Below are positions 1 to 8,382 of a stretch of DNA of 64,000 bases, one piece after another. A program made the translations under genes and the position numbers. The DNA is from Candidatus Micrarchaeota archaeon. Its GTDB lineage: Archaea; Micrarchaeota; Micrarchaeia; Micrarchaeales; CABMGC01. The stretch covers positions 4,200 to 68,199 of the forward strand of contig JAJYED010000002.1 of assembly GCA_021790305.1 (NCBI GenBank). The letters run 5' to 3'. The notes under the pieces were generated by a model. That model made no database searches. It was given only the letters and a program-made list of their open reading frames with translations, and was not told the DNA's origin. Numbering within the stretch: position 1 is the first letter of the stretch; each line of letters starts with the position of its first letter.

Positions 1-608
1 GGATATAGATTAATGCTGCCATTCAGGTAAGTTGTAAAGTAGTTTGATGTTAGAGATGAGTTAAAAGTATCAAAGTAGACCTTTTCGAATACTGAATTAT
101 TGGATATTACTTCCATATAAAGCCCTTTGTTCTGCGCGGATATTATTTTGAAGTTGAGATAAGGTTCTGTTACCTGGAATGGTGCTGAAGTCAAATTGCC
201 TTGGCCCGATACGAATCCCTGGAAGGTCGACGCTACGAAGGTGTTGTTGTATCCTGACCATGGTGCCCCATAATAATTATGCTGCTTATTCTGGTAGGTA
301 AGATTTAGCGGTGCGTTGCCGAATGCTTTCCCCGTCACATTCCATCCCAGATAAGTACCAGTATTGAAGTTGCCATTATATATCGGCATTTCAGTTGGTG
401 TTGATGGAACACAGAAGGTATAGACACTTCTTCTAGTAGTGGTAGGTATCGAAGAAGTAGATATAGAAGTTGAACTTGTAGTAGAAGTAGAGGTTGTAGG
501 CAGTATATGGATTACTGATCTGCTTCCTGCATTCAGATTCAGCAATACTGCTATTATTACAAGTATGACGAGAGCTCCTGCATATGTAGCTACTTTCTTT
601 GTGTTCAT
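1..608 (-). pseudogene. Secreted/membrane-anchored Ser/Thr-rich protein; C-terminal part runs off the window, N-terminus frame-disrupted
   Basis: Not in the ORF track because it runs off the window edge. The minus frame with codons at 3-5, 6-8... is open from 551 to the edge. It encodes NLNAGSRSVIHILPTTSTSTTSSTSISTSSIPTTTRRSVYTFCVPSTPTEMPIYNGNFNTGTYLGWNVTGKAFG... An ATG at 606-608 and a hydrophobic anchor (KKVATYAGALVILVIIAVLL, about 544-600) lie upstream but in other frames. The first in-frame ATG is at 387-389. Confidence 0.5.
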
Positions 609-726
609 ATAAACATCTTAAGATAAAGATTCTAGTGTATATTTATAAATTATCTCTAATAAGCTTAATAGATATATTGTTTCATTATTTGTTATATTTT
701 AAGTATAATTAGCATTGGTGCTCATT

Positions 727-840
727 TTGGGAAGCATACCTAGAAAATGGAAAAAGAAAGGAAGAATGCGCTGGAAATGGGTAAAGAAAAGAAGAAAAAG
801 AGTAAAGAGAGCGCAGAAGAGAAGGGTCGGAGACCTTTAA
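727..840 (+). CDS. rpl41e: Ribosomal protein eL41 (L41e)
   Basis: Short ORF below the track cutoff: (TTG)[36 protein letters not shown], stop TAA at 838-840, internal ATG at 766. The Arg/Lys/Trp pattern RMRWKW-KKR-R-KR is the archaeal eL41 signature. TATA-like AT-rich sequence lies upstream (about 640-710). Confidence 0.75.
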   Translation: MGSIPRKWKKKGRMRWKWVKKRRKRVKRAQKRRVGDL

Positions 841-842
841 AG

Positions 843-1433
843 TTAGCTAAGCAAGGTTCTTGTCTGGTATCTGCCTCTTTTCTTTATTTCGTTAAGTCTG
901 GAGATTACCGTTAGGTACTCCTTTGAGACTGAGGCGTATCCCTTCCTTGCGTTAGCATAATCATCTTTGCTTATGGATCTTTCCAGCAGGAGCAGATCTA
1001 ACGCTTTCTCCTCCTCGCTGTTGGAGAAGTTGCCAAGGCCGAAGTCTATTATGTACGGACCGTTAGTAGTAAGCATAAGGTTTGCAGATGTGAAATCCCC
1101 ATGCGTTATTCCTTTGGCATGCATGTAACCCAGGTACCTGCCTATGGTCTGCATCTCTTTTGCAGTAGGTTTTGAATCCTTGAGCAGTTTTCCATCTATC
1201 TTCTGCATGAATATCGAGTATTTGCCTATTGCTGCCACTCCAGGTACTGCTGCACCTGCCTTTTTTGCCATTATCATTAGCTTCGCTTCCTTCCTTGTCC
1301 TGCTCTTTCTTAGTTCCTCGTCTATATTTGCTATGCGCCAGGACTTCCTGTTTCTTACTTTTACAAGCAAGGGATTGCCAGAAAGCTTTATCTCGAACAT
1401 GATTGCTTCGGCTCCCTCGCTCACTCTTTCCAT
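843..1433 (-). CDS. bud32: KEOPS kinase Bud32/PRPK
   Basis: 196 aa with an N-terminal GAEA glycine loop and catalytic HGDFTSANLM and IIDFGLG motifs. It lies immediately downstream of kae1. Confidence 0.9.
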   Translation of the reverse strand: MERVSEGAEAIMFEIKLSGNPLLVKVRNRKSWRIANIDEELRKSRTRKEAKLMIMAKKAGAAVPGVAAIGKYSIFMQKIDGKLLKDSKPTAKEMQTIGRYLGYMHAKGITHGDFTSANLMLTTNGPYIIDFGLGNFSNSEEEKALDLLLLERSISKDDYANARKGYASVSKEYLTVISRLNEIKKRGRYQTRTLLS

Positions 1434-2392
1434 AACTTCACCTCGTCAATCCTGTACCTCTGCTCTATGCCGCATTCCTGCAGCTTTGCCTTTCTTCCAT
1501 GCGCAAGCATCTGCTCTGCTACAAGAGCTATCATCGCCCCGTTATCCGCGTTGAATGTGTCTTCGGCATAGCCGAATTTTATATTATGTTCCTCTGCCAT
1601 GCCTTTTAACATGCGTTTCAGCCGTTTTGACTGTGCAACTCCGCCGCATACGCATAATTCTTTTGAATTTGTCAGTAGCAGGGCGCGTTCCGTGGCCTCT
1701 GTAAGCATGGCATATGCAGTCTCCTGAACCGAGAAGCAGATGTCCTTATCATTGTGCTTTCCTTTCATCTTTGAAGCATGAGTCAGAAGTCCGGTGAATG
1801 AAAAATCCATCCCTTTTACAGTATAGGGCATCTCTATATATCTGCCGTTCTCTGCTGTCTTTTCCACTGTTGATCCCCATGCAGGATATAGTTCAAGAGA
1901 CCTTGCAAGGGAATCAAGCATGTTGCCTATGCCTATGTCAAAGGTCTCTCCGAGTATCTTGTACCTGTCTCCGTATTTTTTTAATATCTGTGAATTTCCG
2001 CCGCTTACGTAAAGAGCGAGCGGATCCCTGAGTTTCGCTCTTTTCTTCGCTATCTCAATGTGGCCTATCCCGTGATTTACAGGAACTATCGGAATGTTAA
2101 GCTTTTTTGCAAGAGTCTTTGCAGATAACAGGCCTACATGCAGGCAGTGTCCTATCCCTGGTCCTTTTGTGTAACCTATGCCTTCTATCTCCTTGAAGGT
2201 TATCCCTGCCTCTTGCACCGCCTCTTGTATCACATTTGCAGCGTTATTCAGATGCGTCTCGGCTACCTCTCGCGGTATCATCCCTTTGCTTCCAATTTTG
2301 TACATAGCCTTCGCGTTTGCCACTACCTTCCCATTATCGACTATGCCTACGCCAAAGGTATGGGCACTGCTCTCTATTCCAATTACTGCCAT
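1421..2392 (-). CDS. kae1: tRNA N6-adenosine threonylcarbamoyltransferase Kae1
   Basis: MAVIGIESSAHTFGVGIV..., the ASKHA/Kae1 family pattern. The ORF is open to 2428, but ATG at 2392 gives the canonical N-terminus and removes the overlap with trpS. The 3' end overlaps bud32 by 13 nt; the two are separate genes here, not fused. Confidence 0.9.
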   Translation of the reverse strand: MAVIGIESSAHTFGVGIVDNGKVVANAKAMYKIGSKGMIPREVAETHLNNAANVIQEAVQEAGITFKEIEGIGYTKGPGIGHCLHVGLLSAKTLAKKLNIPIVPVNHGIGHIEIAKKRAKLRDPLALYVSGGNSQILKKYGDRYKILGETFDIGIGNMLDSLARSLELYPAWGSTVEKTAENGRYIEMPYTVKGMDFSFTGLLTHASKMKGKHNDKDICFSVQETAYAMLTEATERALLLTNSKELCVCGGVAQSKRLKRMLKGMAEEHNIKFGYAEDTFNADNGAMIALVAEQMLAHGRKAKLQECGIEQRYRIDEVKLWKE

Positions 2393-2402
2393 TGAATCAG
2401 GA

Positions 2403-3518
2403 TTAATCGTGTAACATGAACTCGTCAAGCTTCTTCTCGAGCTTCTTCTTTGCCTCTCTGTGCTCCTTCAGGAATTTGTTTATGCGCATGGCAAGATCTT
2501 TCTTGTGCTCTCCTGCAAGAAGGCTTCCGTTCCTCTCTCCTTCGAATATTGCATTTAGCTTCTTGTCATCAGGCTCAAACATGTATTTGTAGTATTGGCA
2601 GACTGCGCAGTTATCAGGGTTTCCTCCATGCTTTTTCTGCAGTTCCATGGTTGCCTGCTGCCCTGTTATCGCCTTGTTTACCTTCTTCACCACGGTTGCT
2701 TCATCGTCGGAAAGGTATATCGTATCGTTAGGATCGCTTGCTGACATCTTTGGATTCATCGAGAGTCCGGGCATGAACTTTGATACAAGAGATGCTGGTT
2801 TGTAATAGCCAAGCTTTGATATCGCGTTTCTTGCCACCCTAAAGTGCACATCCTGGTCAACACCCATAGGTATCAGGCAGGGTATGTTCTTTTCTGCCTG
2901 CACAGACTTAAGGAATGCCGGGACTGCCTGGAATGAGGTGTAGAATAGTGCACCTATGTTCATATCATTGCCGAATCCGAATGCGTCCTTGATTATCGAA
3001 GAGGTTATGTATTTGGAGACACGGACTGCCTGCTTGTACATGGTCTTTGCATACTCAGTATCGAGGAATATCTGGGTCTTCCTGCTATCAAAACCCAGAG
3101 CGGCTACGTCAAGAGCATCTTCCATTGCAAGCTTATGCCCATTATCGAGCGTGAATGCAGGATTGCGCTTGACAAGGAACTTCTCCTCGTCAGGTATCAT
3201 TATGAGGACCTCTGCCCCGAACCTGTCCTGAAGCCATTTTGCCATCTGGAACTGCATAGTTTGCGCTATGGTCATTCCTCCTGAAGGGGCTATGCCAGTA
3301 TAGACATAGAATCTGTTTCCTTGTTCATACTGATCAAAAAGCCAGTTCAGATCCCTTTCTGCAAAATATATGCCTCTGCGAATCATATAGTTGCTGCCTT
3401 TTGCCAGATTGTCCAGTCTTTCAAGTGTTTCTTTTGTGAGAGGCTTCAGCCCGAAATCTGCAATTAACTTGTTGTAGTCTATGTCTCCTTTGACTTCGTA
3501 TGGGTTTACGGTCTGCAT
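2403..3518 (-). CDS. trpS: Tryptophanyl-tRNA synthetase (archaeal/eukaryotic type)
   Basis: 371 aa with DYNKLIADFG, TGIAPSGGMTIAQ (the HIGH-region position), a KMSAS loop, GGNPDNCAVCQYYKY and a C-terminal KEHRE motif. Confidence 0.9.
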   Translation of the reverse strand: MQTVNPYEVKGDIDYNKLIADFGLKPLTKETLERLDNLAKGSNYMIRRGIYFAERDLNWLFDQYEQGNRFYVYTGIAPSGGMTIAQTMQFQMAKWLQDRFGAEVLIMIPDEEKFLVKRNPAFTLDNGHKLAMEDALDVAALGFDSRKTQIFLDTEYAKTMYKQAVRVSKYITSSIIKDAFGFGNDMNIGALFYTSFQAVPAFLKSVQAEKNIPCLIPMGVDQDVHFRVARNAISKLGYYKPASLVSKFMPGLSMNPKMSASDPNDTIYLSDDEATVVKKVNKAITGQQATMELQKKHGGNPDNCAVCQYYKYMFEPDDKKLNAIFEGERNGSLLAGEHKKDLAMRINKFLKEHREAKKKLEKKLDEFMLHD

Positions 3519-3752
3519 AGATATACATAAGGGCAGATTATCTTATAATATATGCTCTTGATCCGCTGATAAGCGCCAGTATTCCCTTTGCAGCTTTTGC
3601 TTTGCAATAAACGGTAAATTCACGTTATTATCTTTTGTAAAGCTCATTAATAGTCAGCTGTTACGTTATTTCTAGAGATTGTTTTTTAGGCATATCTAAG
3701 AATTTGTTCCCGTTATGATAAATTAATAAATACTGCAATCTAAACTGGATTG

Positions 3753-4622
3753 ATGGCTAAAAGCACTTATGCAAATTGTATAGAATTTGGAAAAGGTTCT
3801 AAAAAAGGGCAGGCATCTTTAGAGTACATGATGATATTTGCATTTGCGTTTCTTATTGTAGCTGTTGTTCTGGCACTTATTTACATCACAGGAATACACA
3901 ATACTACCATATCGAACTCTTACTGCTATCTGACTCCCGACATGCCCTGCCAGGGAATGTATGTCATAGGCAATTTGGTAGATCCTACAAATGCGAAGGC
4001 ATATGTAATATTTACAAATGAAAAGGGCATAGGAATAAGCATTAGACCTGGTTCGTTCTATTTCTATCCTACTACAAGCAATACCTTTTATCTTGGCGAA
4101 TGTATTCCTTCCAACATACCGCAGGGAGATTTGGCCGTGTGCAATGTTAGTGTTAGCAATCTAAATGCGATATTGTCTTCCGGAGAGCAGGTAAACCCTA
4201 AGTTCAATATTGCATATAGTATTTGCAGCAATAATTATTGCGATGGATTAAGTGCAAACGCCCCAGTATTCAATACCACAGGCACAGGAACCGTGTATGT
4301 AACACAGAGTACACCGTCTCTTTATTATGTTACTATAAGTAGCAATAGCATAAACATTACGATAGACGGAGTAAATTATGCGCCGGGTTCAAAGCTTGCT
4401 GTGTTTAAGGGAGTGAGTTATACTATTTTGGGTCAGGTCCCTCCTGGATATGCCTTTGGTTCATGGACAGGCACAGGGGGAGTCAGTTTGTCTTCGGACT
4501 CGCAGTCAACTGTTTTTACTGCTTCTTCCGATGGGACATTATATGGAAGTAAAAATGCCGTGATTTCTACTACTTCATCAACATCAACAACCTCAACTAC
4601 ATCAAGTACAAGTATAGGTTGA
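3753..4622 (+). CDS. Archaeal type IV pilin-like protein (class III signal peptide) with a Ser/Thr-rich tail
   Basis: N-terminus MAKSTYANCIEFGKGSKKG/QASLEYMMIFAFAFLIVAVVLALIYI: a basic stretch, G, then a QxSxEY motif and a hydrophobic helix, typical of prepilin peptidase substrates. The C-terminus is STTSSTSTTSTTSSTS. The track start TTG at 3750 is one codon upstream of the ATG. Confidence 0.7.
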   Translation: MAKSTYANCIEFGKGSKKGQASLEYMMIFAFAFLIVAVVLALIYITGIHNTTISNSYCYLTPDMPCQGMYVIGNLVDPTNAKAYVIFTNEKGIGISIRPGSFYFYPTTSNTFYLGECIPSNIPQGDLAVCNVSVSNLNAILSSGEQVNPKFNIAYSICSNNYCDGLSANAPVFNTTGTGTVYVTQSTPSLYYVTISSNSINITIDGVNYAPGSKLAVFKGVSYTILGQVPPGYAFGSWTGTGGVSLSSDSQSTVFTASSDGTLYGSKNAVISTTSSTSTTSTTSSTSIG

Positions 4623-4756
4623 GAGTTTAGAATCGTTTATGCATAGAGGTATTGATTGGCTTTGCCGGAACACTTCCTAAGTATCTGAAAAATACTATTA
4701 GTTCGACGACTTTCCTGGATTAGATTAATAGGATAGTCCGCATAAGATTAACAAAT

Positions 4757-4785
4757 CTATATAAACCTTTTTATTCTATAAATAA
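4757..4785 (+). promoter_or_regulatory. Candidate TATA boxes for the RNA polymerase operon
   Basis: CTATATAAA (4757-4765) and TCTATAAATA (4775-4784) lie upstream of rpoH. An SD-like AGGTG at 4824-4828 sits 5 nt before the TTG start at 4834. Confidence 0.3.
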
Positions 4786-4833
4786 CGGAAGTGTCTGTGC
4801 TAGTCCCTACTCTTTATCTTTATAGGTGTATGT

Positions 4834-5064
4834 TTGACTGATAGAAGTGATCATGTTATTGTGCCCCCTCACAAATTAATGACTGATAAGGAGGTGAAAG
4901 AACTTCTGGAAGAGCTTGAATTGAAGCCTGAAAACCTGCCCAAAATACTCGAGAGTGATCCGCAGGTGAAGATACTTAACGGCAAGGTTGGCCAGATAGT
5001 CAAGATAGACAGGACGGAGAACGGCGTCAAGGTACCTTACTACAGGATAATTGTAGAAGGTTAA
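4834..5064 (+). CDS. rpoH: RNA polymerase subunit H (Rpb5-like)
   Basis: 76 aa, HVIVPPHKLMTDKEVKELLEEL...PKILESDP...VPYYRIIV, TTG start. It is the first gene of the canonical archaeal rpoH-B-A operon. Confidence 0.9.
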   Translation: MTDRSDHVIVPPHKLMTDKEVKELLEELELKPENLPKILESDPQVKILNGKVGQIVKIDRTENGVKVPYYRIIVEG

Positions 5065-5066
5065 TT

Positions 5067-6554
5067 GTGGTTTCTATGGATAGTGAAAGTGTTTTGTTGG
5101 AATCTTATTTGGATACTATGCCTCTGATACAGCACCAGCTGGAGAGCTTCAACAGGTTTGTGAGTCAGGGATTGCAGCGTGTTGTAGACAGGCAGAATGT
5201 GGTACAGCCTAGCGTCGAAGGCTTTTCATTGAAGCTTGGAAATGTGAGGCTTGACAAAGCTTCTATAATAGAGGCAGATGGATCCAGAAGGCAGGTAATG
5301 CCGAACGAGGCGCGTCTGAGAAACCTCACATATTCTGCTCCTATATTCATAGAGGTAGTACCTGTAATAAGAGGCATTGAGAAGAGAGCTTCTTTCGGAG
5401 AGGTCTTCATAGGGGAGCTGCCGATCATGCTAAGAAGCGATTTATGCTACATAAAGACAATGTCAAAGCAGCAGCTTGTAGAAGAGGGAGAGGATGCAGA
5501 TGATCCAGGAGGCTATTTCATAATAAAGGGAGTTGAACGTGTACTCATAGGATTGGAGGACATAGCCCCCAACAGGATAATAACCACGAAGGGCAAGGGC
5601 GGCGACAAAGTAAATAGCGTTGTCTTTTCTACAGCTCCTGGCTTCAGGGCAAGATGCGTAGTTTCAAGAAACCAGAATGGAGTCTATACTGTAGAATTCC
5701 CTACTATTTCAAAGAGCGTCAATCTGATACTTCTTCTCAGGGCTCTGGGAATGTCTGAAAAGGATCTTCTCAACAATGTATCTGATTCTCTGTCATTCAG
5801 GAATGATGTAATGCTGAATCTTGAAGTAAGCGATTATAAGGAGATGACCCAGAACGAAGCGATATCAGAATTAGGAAGGATGGCAGCGCCCGGACAGGCT
5901 GCAGAGTACCAATTATCAAGGGCAGAGACGCAGATTAACAATTACCTTCTGCCTCACATCGGAGAGACGGCAGAGGACAAATACAAGAAGGCAGAGTATC
6001 TGCTGACAATGGCAAGGAAGGCGACGATGGTCGGAAACAAGCTTGCACGCGAGGATGACAAGGACCATTATGCAAACAAGCGCATAAAGTTTGCAGGAGA
6101 ACTGATGGAAGATCTCTTCACTTATGCGTTCAGATTCTTTACAAAAGAGGTAAAGTACCAGATTGAGAGGACAAGCGCGCGTGGAAGGAAGCTGAGCATA
6201 CAGTCGATAATAAATCCTGATACTATAACAGAGCGTATCTCTTATGCAATGGGAACAGGTACATGGGTTGCAGGCCAGACCGGAATATCCCAGGTTCTTG
6301 ACCGCGTAAACTTCTCAAGCGCGTATACTCATCTGAGGAGAGTCAAATCTCCGCTTGCAAAGAAGCATCCGCACTTCAAGGCAAGAGAGGTACATGGAAC
6401 ACAGTGGGGCAAGATATGCCCTTCTGAGACGCCTGAAGGACAGGAGGTAGGACTTACAAAATATCTTGCGCTCATGTCAAAAGTCACGGTAGGTGCAGAA
6501 GAGTCTTCTTTCGAGGACAAATTAGTAGGCCTTAAGAAAAAGGCAAACGAGTGA
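5067..6554 (+). CDS. rpoB2: RNA polymerase subunit B'' (N-terminal half of split RpoB)
   Basis: 495 aa, LIQHQLESFNRFV..., ending HGTQWGKICPSETPEGQEVGL. The start is GTG at 5067 or ATG at 5076. Confidence 0.95.
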   Translation: MVSMDSESVLLESYLDTMPLIQHQLESFNRFVSQGLQRVVDRQNVVQPSVEGFSLKLGNVRLDKASIIEADGSRRQVMPNEARLRNLTYSAPIFIEVVPVIRGIEKRASFGEVFIGELPIMLRSDLCYIKTMSKQQLVEEGEDADDPGGYFIIKGVERVLIGLEDIAPNRIITTKGKGGDKVNSVVFSTAPGFRARCVVSRNQNGVYTVEFPTISKSVNLILLLRALGMSEKDLLNNVSDSLSFRNDVMLNLEVSDYKEMTQNEAISELGRMAAPGQAAEYQLSRAETQINNYLLPHIGETAEDKYKKAEYLLTMARKATMVGNKLAREDDKDHYANKRIKFAGELMEDLFTYAFRFFTKEVKYQIERTSARGRKLSIQSIINPDTITERISYAMGTGTWVAGQTGISQVLDRVNFSSAYTHLRRVKSPLAKKHPHFKAREVHGTQWGKICPSETPEGQEVGLTKYLALMSKVTVGAEESSFEDKLVGLKKKANE

Positions 6555-6558
6555 TATC

Positions 6559-8382
6559 ATGGCAAAGAACGAAATAACTCATGTTTACCTGAACGGAAGA
6601 GACATAGGGACTGTAGATGATCCTCAGAAGTTCGTCAATGAGATAAGGAGTGCAAGAAGGACAGGAGTGATTTCAGGAGAGATCAATGTTGCACACTATG
6701 CGAAGCAGCATTACATTAACATAAACAGCGACCGCGGAAGGGTAAGGAAGCCTTATGTGATATTAGAGAACGGCAAGTCAAAGCTCACTAAGGATGTGAT
6801 AGAGAAGCTTAAGAGCAAGGAGATAAATTTCAATTATCTGTTCAGGAACGGAATAGTGGAGTATTTGGATGCTGAAGAGGAGGAGAATGCGCTTGTCGCG
6901 TTCAACGAAAGCGACATAACTGAGAAGCATACGCATCTTGAGGTAGACATAGCATCGATATTCGGGTTTACAGTATCTACTTCACCTTATGCTGAGCACA
7001 ACAGCATTGCAAGGCATGCTATGCTTTCTAACTTCATAAAGCAGGCGCAGGGACTCTATGCGATTAACTTCAACCAGAGATTCGATTCAAGAGGCTATCT
7101 GCTCTTCTATCCGCAGGTGCCTATAGTCAATACAGTACCTTACAGAAAGACAAATATACAGAAGCATCCTAGCGGCCAGAATTTCGTAGTTGCCCTTTCG
7201 ACGTATTATGGATACAACATGCAGGACGCAGTGGTCCTGAACAGGGCTGCAGTGGAGAGAGGAGCAGGCAGGAGCCTCTTCTACAAGACCTATTCTGATG
7301 AAGAGAGAAGGTATCCTGGAGGGCAGAGGGACAGATTGAAGGTTCCGCCTCCTACAGCAGAAGGATACATGGGAGAGCACTTCTATTCAAAGCTCAGCGA
7401 TGACGGAATTATAGAGCCTGAAATGGATGTCCAGGAAGGAGACGTATTGATAGGCAAGGTATCTCCTCCAAGGTTCCTTGAGGAGAGCATGGGTCCTAGC
7501 GGAATAGAGGAGAAGGTAAGAGATGATTCAACAGTGCTTAAGACAGGAGAGACAGGGATTGTTGACAGCGTAATGATAACGGAATCGCCTGGCGCTACCA
7601 AATTGGTTAAGATAAGGGTGCGCGGACTGAGAGTGCCTGAGAACGGAGATAAGTTTGCAAGCAGGCACGGGCAGAAGGGAGTCACCTCTCTTATAGTACC
7701 GCCTGAAGATATGCCTTTCACAGAATCAGGCATAATACCGGATCTGCTGCTCAATCCTCACAGCGTCCCTTCGAGAATGACGTTTGGCCACCTGCTTGAA
7801 GAGCTTGCAGGAAAGGCAGGAGCAGTAAGCGGAAAGTCCATAGACGGCACGGCTTTTGCACAGGACGGCGTGGAGAGAATGGCAGAGTATGGAAAGATGC
7901 TTGAAGAGAATGGTTTTGACAAATACGGAGAAGAGGAGATGTACGACGGAATAACAGGGATGAAGTTCAAGGCCAAGGTCTTCACAGGAGTCGTTTACTA
8001 CAACAGGCTGTACCACATGGTAAGCAATAAGATACAGGTTAGAAGCAGAGGAAAGGTACAGATACTGACGCACCAGCCAACTGAAGGAAAGGCGAGGCAG
8101 GGAGCGCTCAGATTCGGAGAGATGGAAAGAGATACACTTATAGGATACGGCGCAAGCCTTTTGCTTAAGGAGAGGCTGCTTGACCAGAGCGACAAGACAA
8201 ATGTGCTCATATGCAGGCAGTGCGGCAACATAGGCTATTACGACCATATAAAGAGAGTGAATGTCTGCCCTATAGACAAGGGCTCAGACTTCGTTGAAGT
8301 GGAGATAAGCTATGCATTCAAGGTACTGCTCGACGAGATAAAGTCGCTGCACATAATGCCTAGAATGAAAGTAAATGAGTGA
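6559..8382 (+). CDS. rpoB1: RNA polymerase subunit B' (C-terminal half of split RpoB)
   Basis: 607 aa with GDKFASRHGQKGV, LRFGEMERD and a C-terminal zinc motif CRQCG...C. Confidence 0.95.
   Translation: MAKNEITHVYLNGRDIGTVDDPQKFVNEIRSARRTGVISGEINVAHYAKQHYININSDRGRVRKPYVILENGKSKLTKDVIEKLKSKEINFNYLFRNGIVEYLDAEEEENALVAFNESDITEKHTHLEVDIASIFGFTVSTSPYAEHNSIARHAMLSNFIKQAQGLYAINFNQRFDSRGYLLFYPQVPIVNTVPYRKTNIQKHPSGQNFVVALSTYYGYNMQDAVVLNRAAVERGAGRSLFYKTYSDEERRYPGGQRDRLKVPPPTAEGYMGEHFYSKLSDDGIIEPEMDVQEGDVLIGKVSPPRFLEESMGPSGIEEKVRDDSTVLKTGETGIVDSVMITESPGATKLVKIRVRGLRVPENGDKFASRHGQKGVTSLIVPPEDMPFTESGIIPDLLLNPHSVPSRMTFGHLLEELAGKAGAVSGKSIDGTAFAQDGVERMAEYGKMLEENGFDKYGEEEMYDGITGMKFKAKVFTGVVYYNRLYHMVSNKIQVRSRGKVQILTHQPTEGKARQGALRFGEMERDTLIGYGASLLLKERLLDQSDKTNVLICRQCGNIGYYDHIKRVNVCPIDKGSDFVEVEISYAFKVLLDEIKSLHIMPRMKVNE

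Noticed and set aside
4555-4620. Repetitive TCA/ACA/ACT stretch; a similar one at 430-500 and a CAG/CCA-rich stretch at 52020-52220
   Set aside because: I considered these as tandem or CRISPR-like repeats. They are in-frame Ser/Thr- or Gln/Pro-coding low-complexity regions of real ORFs, with no regular repeat-spacer structure.
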